A stretch of 31,306 nucleotides of DNA. Source: Candidatus Rokuibacteriota bacterium (GTDB lineage Bacteria > Methylomirabilota > Methylomirabilia > Rokubacteriales > CSP1-6). The stretch lies in assembly GCA_016179165.1 (NCBI GenBank), contig JACORX010000011.1, forward strand, positions 1 to 31,306, given 5' to 3'. The notes under the pieces are model-generated. The model was not told the origin of the DNA and did no database searches. It saw only the letters and a program-made list of their open reading frames with translations. This document shows, in pieces, positions 26,471-31,306 of this stretch; positions within the stretch are counted from its first letter, which is position 1, and the number at the start of each line of letters is the position of its first letter. The translations under genes and the position numbers were made by a program.

Positions 26471-27030
26471 GCAGAATGTCCGCCGCTCCGCCGCGGGTAG
26501 CGAATTGCACGAGCTGGCGGTCGGTCGTCAACTGATGGGCGAGGGGCGAGTCGGCCACCTCCTTTCGGTCCGCCCCAGGGGGCGTGAGAACCGATTTTCG
26601 GGGGATACCAAGATCGCCCCCACCTCGGACACCTTCCTGGGGGCGCCTGGGCCCTCGGCGGTGACGCGGAGGAGGGGATGACGGGGTTCGGCCTGCCGAT
26701 CGGCCGCGAGTCGGACCGCCACGGTCGATCGCGAAGTGCTCGCCGCTCGCGTTCAGCGGTCCGCCGCGGTCGCGGAGGTAGAGATCGTTGGTGGACCGGG
26801 ATCCGAGACTGCGACGCTCGGCGACGAATCCATGTGGTGTGCGCTGCGTATCGCGCGACTCCCGGCCGGCGCGCCATACGGGAAGCGCGTGATCGCCCGC
26901 TCGCGGGCACTGAGGGCGTCCTAGCCTGGATTTCCACGGACCGGAATTCGCCTAAGATTCCGGGTCATCCGCCATCGACGCCGACTGTGACTGTCAGCGG
27001 CCGGCCCCGCGTGAACGCCGGGCCGCCGGC

Positions 27031-28167
27031 TCATCGGCGCGCCGCCGCCATCACGCGTTCGACGAGGGGGAAGAGGTCGCGGCGCGCCGCAGCGAAGCTG
27101 TACTGCGCGACGCAGCGCTCCCGTGCCCGGGCCCCGAGGGCCGCCGCCTCGTCGGGGTGGTCGACGAGGTGGGCGATGCCCTGGGCCAGGGCCGCCACAT
27201 CGCCGGGGGCCACGAGGAGACCGCAGCCGTCCAGGATCTCGGGAATCATCGAGACCCGGGTCGAGACGATGGGGCGGCCCAGGGCCATGGCGTCGAAGAT
27301 CTTGGCGGGCACCTGCCCGCGCGTATCGCTCGTATCGCGCTGGGGCACCGCCACCACGTCGGCCGCTGCCAGGTAGCGCGGCACGTCTGAGAAGGGAATC
27401 TTTCCCACGAGCCGGACGCCGGGATACCGTTGCTCGATCTCGCGCGCGGCCCCTCCCGCCGGCTCCGTTCCGACGAGCGCCAGCACGACGTCGGGTCGCC
27501 GGAGGCTCGCGACGGCATCACAGAGGTCCAAGACACCCTTGTAGCCCCGTGGCGTCCCGAGGAACATGACCAGCCGGCCCTTCCCCACCGCTAGCCGGCT
27601 GCGAACGATGGTCGGATCGGCGCCATCCGGCCGCCAGGCCTCCGTGTCCCTCACGTGGGGGATGAGCGTGCCCCCGAATCGCTGCTGGAGGAATCGGGAT
27701 GCCACCGTGATGCCGTCGGCGGCCCCGGACAAGCGCTCCATGAGCCAAGTCCATGGAAGTCCGGCGGGATTGGCCAAGTTGAGCGCCCGCCCCACTGTGC
27801 CCCAGAAGCCCGAGCGCGCGAAGAAACCGACCTCCCAGTCATCGATGTCGAGCAGGAGCGGCTTGCCGGCGGCGAAGTGCTTGAGGTACCCGATCCCCGC
27901 GCTGGCGAGCTTCGGCTTGGAGGCATAGACGAGATCGCCGTCGGCCAGCTTCGAGAGCGCGGGGATCGCCGCCACTAATCGCGGGAACTTCCTCGCAGGC
28001 AGGGTCCGGTGCGGAAACTGTTCCGCACGCGCCGGTTCCCACACCGCGTCCGTGGAGCACGGGCCTACCACCTCGACCCGGGCGAGGGGCTCGAGCAGCC
28101 GGGCCAGGAGGATGGCCCGCGCGGCGGCGTTGTCGCCCAGATCGAAGCAGAGCACCGAGATCTTCAC
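27031..28167 (-). CDS. GT4-like glycosyltransferase
   Basis: DIDDWE, MFLGTPRGYKG and QVPAKIFDAMALG. Start placed at GTG 28167 with GGAG upstream. Confidence 0.85.
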   Translation of the reverse strand: MKISVLCFDLGDNAAARAILLARLLEPLARVEVVGPCSTDAVWEPARAEQFPHRTLPARKFPRLVAAIPALSKLADGDLVYASKPKLASAGIGYLKHFAAGKPLLLDIDDWEVGFFARSGFWGTVGRALNLANPAGLPWTWLMERLSGAADGITVASRFLQQRFGGTLIPHVRDTEAWRPDGADPTIVRSRLAVGKGRLVMFLGTPRGYKGVLDLCDAVASLRRPDVVLALVGTEPAGGAAREIEQRYPGVRLVGKIPFSDVPRYLAAADVVAVPQRDTSDTRGQVPAKIFDAMALGRPIVSTRVSMIPEILDGCGLLVAPGDVAALAQGIAHLVDHPDEAAALGARARERCVAQYSFAAARRDLFPLVERVMAAARR

Positions 28168-28186
28168 ACGGCTCCCCGTGGGCTCT

Positions 28187-28849
28187 CTACACCAGCTCTG
28201 CCCGCGTCTTGCCGGACCAGGGGCACAGGGCCAGAACCGGACAGCGAGGGCAGTCGGGCTTGCGCGCCCCACACGTACGCCGCCCGTGGATGATCAGGAG
28301 ATGCGTCGCTCGGGTCCACTTCGGCTTCGGGATGAGCGCGCAAAGATCGTCGTGGATCTTCTCAGGCACGTCGGCCCGGGTGAGCGCGAGCCGCTGTGAC
28401 ACGCGGGTGACGTGAGTGTCCACGGCCAGGGCCGGAATGCCGAAGGCGTTTCCGAGGACGACGTTGGCCGTCTTCCGGCCCACGCCCGGCAGCGCCGTCA
28501 GCTCGTCGACGGTTCGCGGCACGTCGCCGCCGTGGCGCTCCACCAGGGCCCGGCCCATCCCCACGAGCGAGCGCGCCTTGGCTTTGAAGAAGCCCGTCGA
28601 GTGGATCTCCCGCTCGAGCGTGGGCGCATGCGCCCGGGCGAAGTCCTCCGCCTTGCGATAGCGGTCGAAGAGCGTGGCCGTCACGGCATTGACCCGCTCG
28701 TCGGTGCACTGCGCCGAGAGAATGGTCGCTGCCAGGAGCTCGAGTGGAGTCCTGAATCGCAACTCGATCCCGGCGTCGGGATAGGCCTTCCAGAGCCGCG
28801 CCAGGATCTTGGCGGTCCTTGCCCTTTTCGCCTGCGCCGGCTCGGCCAC
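28187..28849 (-). CDS. nth: Endonuclease III
   Basis: LSAQCTD..VN, HhH motif LPGVGRKTANVVL, VDTHV and 4Fe-4S motif C-x6-C-x2-C-x5-C. Confidence 0.96.
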   Translation of the reverse strand: MAEPAQAKRARTAKILARLWKAYPDAGIELRFRTPLELLAATILSAQCTDERVNAVTATLFDRYRKAEDFARAHAPTLEREIHSTGFFKAKARSLVGMGRALVERHGGDVPRTVDELTALPGVGRKTANVVLGNAFGIPALAVDTHVTRVSQRLALTRADVPEKIHDDLCALIPKPKWTRATHLLIIHGRRTCGARKPDCPRCPVLALCPWSGKTRAELV

Positions 28850-28860
28850 GGTGGCGCGCT

Positions 28861-29280
28861 CTATTCCAGCGCCGCGCGGATCAGCGCGACGCGGCTCGCC
28901 GCCTCACCGGTCTGAAGCGGCGTGGGGTCGTGGGGCACGCGCCACACCGGCCAGAGGGGCTCGGGGTCGTCCGGAAGGCGCGGCACCAGGTGCCAGTGGA
29001 TGTGCGGCACCTGGTTGCCGAGCAGCTCGTAGTTCATCTTCACGGGCCGATAGACCCGCGCCAGCGCCTGCGCCACGCGGTTCACCTCCTCGATCATCGC
29101 CGCCCGCTCGCGGGCCTCGAGGTCGTACAGCTCGACCGCGTGGCGCGTGAGCACGACGAAGACCCAGCCGGGGAAGAACTGGTCTTCGTTGAGATAGGCG
29201 CGGCTCGTTCCGAGGTCGGCGATAAAGAGCGGGCCTTCGGCGGCGACGCGCGCGCACATGACGCACGCGGCCGCCGTCAT
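28861..29280 (-). CDS. HIT family hydrolase
   Basis: N-terminal CxxC and GNQVPHIHWHLVPR histidine triad. ATG 29280 has an ATGA overlap. Confidence 0.92.
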   Translation of the reverse strand: MTAAACVMCARVAAEGPLFIADLGTSRAYLNEDQFFPGWVFVVLTRHAVELYDLEARERAAMIEEVNRVAQALARVYRPVKMNYELLGNQVPHIHWHLVPRLPDDPEPLWPVWRVPHDPTPLQTGEAASRVALIRAALE

Positions 29281-30422
29281 GCCAGCCGCTCCCGCAGGTA
29301 CCGCCCGATTCGTTCGACGGCTTCCTCGATGCGCTCGAGCGAATTGGAATAGGAGAAGCGGAGGAAGCCCTCGGCGCGGCCGCCGAAGTCCACCCCAGGC
29401 GTCACGCCCACGTGCGCGTGATCGAGGATGTCGAAGGCGAGGGTCTTGGAGTCCGCTCCGAAGCGCTTCGCATTGGCCAGGACGTAGAACGCGCCCGTCG
29501 GCGGCACCGCGACGCCGAGCCCGATGCGCCTGAGCCCCGCCACCATCGCCTGCCGCCGCTGGTCGAAGATCTTGCGGAAGCGCGCGGTGTCCTCGCCCGC
29601 CTCCGTCAGCGCCGCCAGAGCCGCCCACTGGACGAACTCGTTGGTGGAGATGAAGAAATTGCCGTGCGCGGTCTGGAGCGCCCGCATGAACTCGCGCGGC
29701 GCGATGACATACCCGAGCCGCCAGCCCGTCATGGCGTACGCCTTCGAAAACCCGTTGAGCACGAAGGCGTGGTCCGTGTACTCGAGGATGGTGTGCTCGG
29801 TTCCCTCGTAGGTCAGGCCATGGTAGATCTCGTCGGAGACGACCCAGGGACCGAGCCCCGCCACCGCCTTGAGGGTCTCGGCGGTCATCACCGCGCCCGT
29901 GGGGTTGGCGGGCGAGTTGATGAGGACGGCCCGCGTCCGCGGCGACAGGCGGGACGCGAACTCGGCGGGCCGGCACTGGAAGCCGTCCTCCTCCCAGGTC
30001 GGCGCCTCGACGCACTCGCCGCCGGGATAGCGGACCAGGTTCGGATAGACGGCGTATCGCGGGTCGGTGAGCAGCACCTGGTCGCCGGGGTCGAGCAAGC
30101 TCGAGAAGAGCAGCAGCATGGCGGGCGAGGTCCCGGCGGTCACGAGCACCTGCTCCGGCGAGACCGTGACGCCGTAGCGCGCGCGGTAGTGCTCCGCGAT
30201 GGCCTCCCGCAGCGGGACGAGTCCCAGGCTGTGCGCGTAGCGCGTCCGGCCGTCCTTGAGCGCCTTCTCGGCCGCTTCGCGGATCACCGGCGGGGTGTCG
30301 AAGTCGGGCTCGCCGAACTCGAGGTGGATGATGTCCGTGCCCTGGCGCTCCAATTCCTGCGCCCGCTGGAAGACCTCGACGGCGAGAAACGGCTCGATGA
30401 CCCGTGAACGCTTCGACGTCAC
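29277..30422 (-). CDS. PLP-dependent aminotransferase class I/II (aspartate aminotransferase-like)
   Basis: GEPDFDTP, NSPANPTG, SDEIY and NGFSKAYAMTGWRLGY. Confidence 0.93.
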   Translation of the reverse strand: MTSKRSRVIEPFLAVEVFQRAQELERQGTDIIHLEFGEPDFDTPPVIREAAEKALKDGRTRYAHSLGLVPLREAIAEHYRARYGVTVSPEQVLVTAGTSPAMLLLFSSLLDPGDQVLLTDPRYAVYPNLVRYPGGECVEAPTWEEDGFQCRPAEFASRLSPRTRAVLINSPANPTGAVMTAETLKAVAGLGPWVVSDEIYHGLTYEGTEHTILEYTDHAFVLNGFSKAYAMTGWRLGYVIAPREFMRALQTAHGNFFISTNEFVQWAALAALTEAGEDTARFRKIFDQRRQAMVAGLRRIGLGVAVPPTGAFYVLANAKRFGADSKTLAFDILDHAHVGVTPGVDFGGRAEGFLRFSYSNSLERIEEAVERIGRYLRERLA

Positions 30423-31162
30423 TGCCGCGTCTCCCCGGTCCGCGCCAGCCGAAGGCGAGCGGCCAGGACCTGCATCACCATGCGAGGGCCGTCAGTGAGC
30501 ACGCCGACCTTCGAGCCCGGCTGGTCGACCCAGTTGACGGCGATCTCCGTCACCCGATAGCCGCGCCGGCGCGCCAGCAAGAGCAGCTCCACATCGAAGG
30601 CGAAGCCCTCCGTCCGCAGCTCCCCGAACAGCGCCTCGGCGGCGGCGCCCCGGAAGAGCTTGAAACCGCACTGCGTGTCGCTGACCTCGGGGACGCCCAG
30701 CCGTCTCACCAGGAAGTTGAAGACGTCGCCCGAGAGCTTCCGGTGCAACCGCACGCGCCGGCTCACCGACGGGTCGGCCAGCGCGCGCGAGCCGATGGCG
30801 ACATCGGCGCCCGCCTGGATCCCCCCCTCGAGGCGCTTGACCTCGCCGATGGGCGTGGCGCCGTCGGCATCGGCCATGAGCCGGAGCTTGCCGCGCGCGG
30901 CGCGCATGCCCGCCCGGACGGCGAAGCCCTTGCCGTGATTCGCGGCGAGACGGTGCAGCGTCACCGAGGCATGCGCAGCCTGCGCTTCGAGCACTCGCGC
31001 GGCCGTCTCATCGCGGCTGCCGTCGTCCACCACCAGGATCTCGTACGGCTCGTCGCGCCCGTCGAAGTAGGCGACGACCTCCCCGAGGTACGCGGGCATA
31101 CGCAGCGCCTCGTTGTAGGCGGGGATGATCACTGACCAGCGGAGCTCGCCGCCTGCGGGCAC
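30419..31162 (-). CDS. Polyprenyl/dolichyl-phosphate glycosyltransferase (GT2, DPG-synthase-like)
   Basis: SVIIPAYNE, EILVVDDGS.D.T, NHGKG.AVR.G, DADG, DTQCGFKLF and FAFDVELL. Confidence 0.9.
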   Translation of the reverse strand: MPAGGELRWSVIIPAYNEALRMPAYLGEVVAYFDGRDEPYEILVVDDGSRDETAARVLEAQAAHASVTLHRLAANHGKGFAVRAGMRAARGKLRLMADADGATPIGEVKRLEGGIQAGADVAIGSRALADPSVSRRVRLHRKLSGDVFNFLVRRLGVPEVSDTQCGFKLFRGAAAEALFGELRTEGFAFDVELLLLARRRGYRVTEIAVNWVDQPGSKVGVLTDGPRMVMQVLAARLRLARTGETRQ

Positions 31163-31167
31163 GGCGC

Positions 31168-31306
31168 TCAGGACCAGATGGGCGAGTCGGCGCGCGCGCG
31201 GCGGCGGGCGACGCCGGTCCGCTGCGCCGCGCGGGCGACCTCGCTCGCCACGGCCGGGGCAACCTTCTTGTTGAACACGCTGGGAATGATGTACTCGGGC
31301 CCGAGC
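31168..31306 (-). CDS. Malic enzyme, C-terminal fragment (gene continues beyond window)
   Basis: Manual translation LGPEYIIPSVFNKKVAPAVASEVARAAQRTGVARRRARADSPIWS* matches the YIIPSxF..V..AVA..A...GVAR tail of malic enzymes. Confidence 0.8.
   Translation of the reverse strand, partial: LGPEYIIPSVFNKKVAPAVASEVARAAQRTGVARRRARADSPIWS

Noticed and set aside
26492-26503. ops/JUMPStart-like sequence GCGGGTAGCG
   Set aside because: Imperfect match to GGCGGTAG and on the template strand of the operon, whereas ops must be on the non-template strand.
26494-26509. Sigma54-like GG-N10-GC motif (CGGGTAGCGAATTGCA) on the + strand
   Set aside because: The -12 box fits but the -24 box matches TGGCACG at only 3 of 7 positions; likely chance in GC-rich DNA.
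26543-26600. CCGAAAGG tetraloop on the minus strand as a c-di-GMP-I riboswitch
   Set aside because: The conserved GCAAAC and GACGCAAAG segments are absent.
26941-27030. Hairpins at 26941-26963 and just after the 27031 GT stop as intrinsic terminators
   Set aside because: Neither is followed by a U-tract on the relevant strand.
2237-31262. Numerous long + strand and alternate-frame ORFs in the track (e.g. 14973-16550, 24444-26294)
   Set aside because: Arg/Ala/Pro/Gly-rich shadow frames of real minus-strand genes, expected at this GC content, with no family motifs.
1-31306. CRISPR arrays, tRNA, rRNA, IS terminal repeats
   Set aside because: No regularly spaced direct repeats or RNA-gene signatures were seen on manual reading; a covariance-model scan was not run.

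Overview
Very GC-rich bacterial DNA in which every credible gene lies on the minus strand. The taxon cannot be determined from sequence alone. Reading in the direction of transcription (right to left), the window has four parts. (1) A housekeeping block, 31306-27031: 3' end of a malic enzyme, polyprenyl-phosphate glycosyltransferase (GT2), class I/II aminotransferase, HIT hydrolase, endonuclease III and a GT4. (2) A 700-nt intergenic region with an AT-rich core and candidate RNA structure. (3) A 24.3-kb, almost fully translationally coupled surface-glycan operon, 26330-2028: asnB-like amidotransferase, wzm, wzt, NAD epimerase, nine glycosyltransferase genes (two are tandem GT4-GT4 fusions), three intact SAM methyltransferases, DegT aminotransferase, Gfo/Idh/MocA oxidoreductase and a Wzy/WaaL-like membrane protein. 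(4) A lower-GC GT-C-like membrane gene next to a decayed serine-recombinase/DUF5372 element. The least expected signals are two collapsed methyltransferase remnants that keep their operon coupling, a Gly-to-Asp change in the Wzt Walker A motif, and a hairpin upstream of the operon whose loop carries an anti-Shine-Dalgarno sequence. No CRISPR array, tRNA or rRNA was seen. All family calls come from motif recognition by eye; no database search was run. Many starts were moved downstream of the ORF-track starts to match stop/start overlaps.
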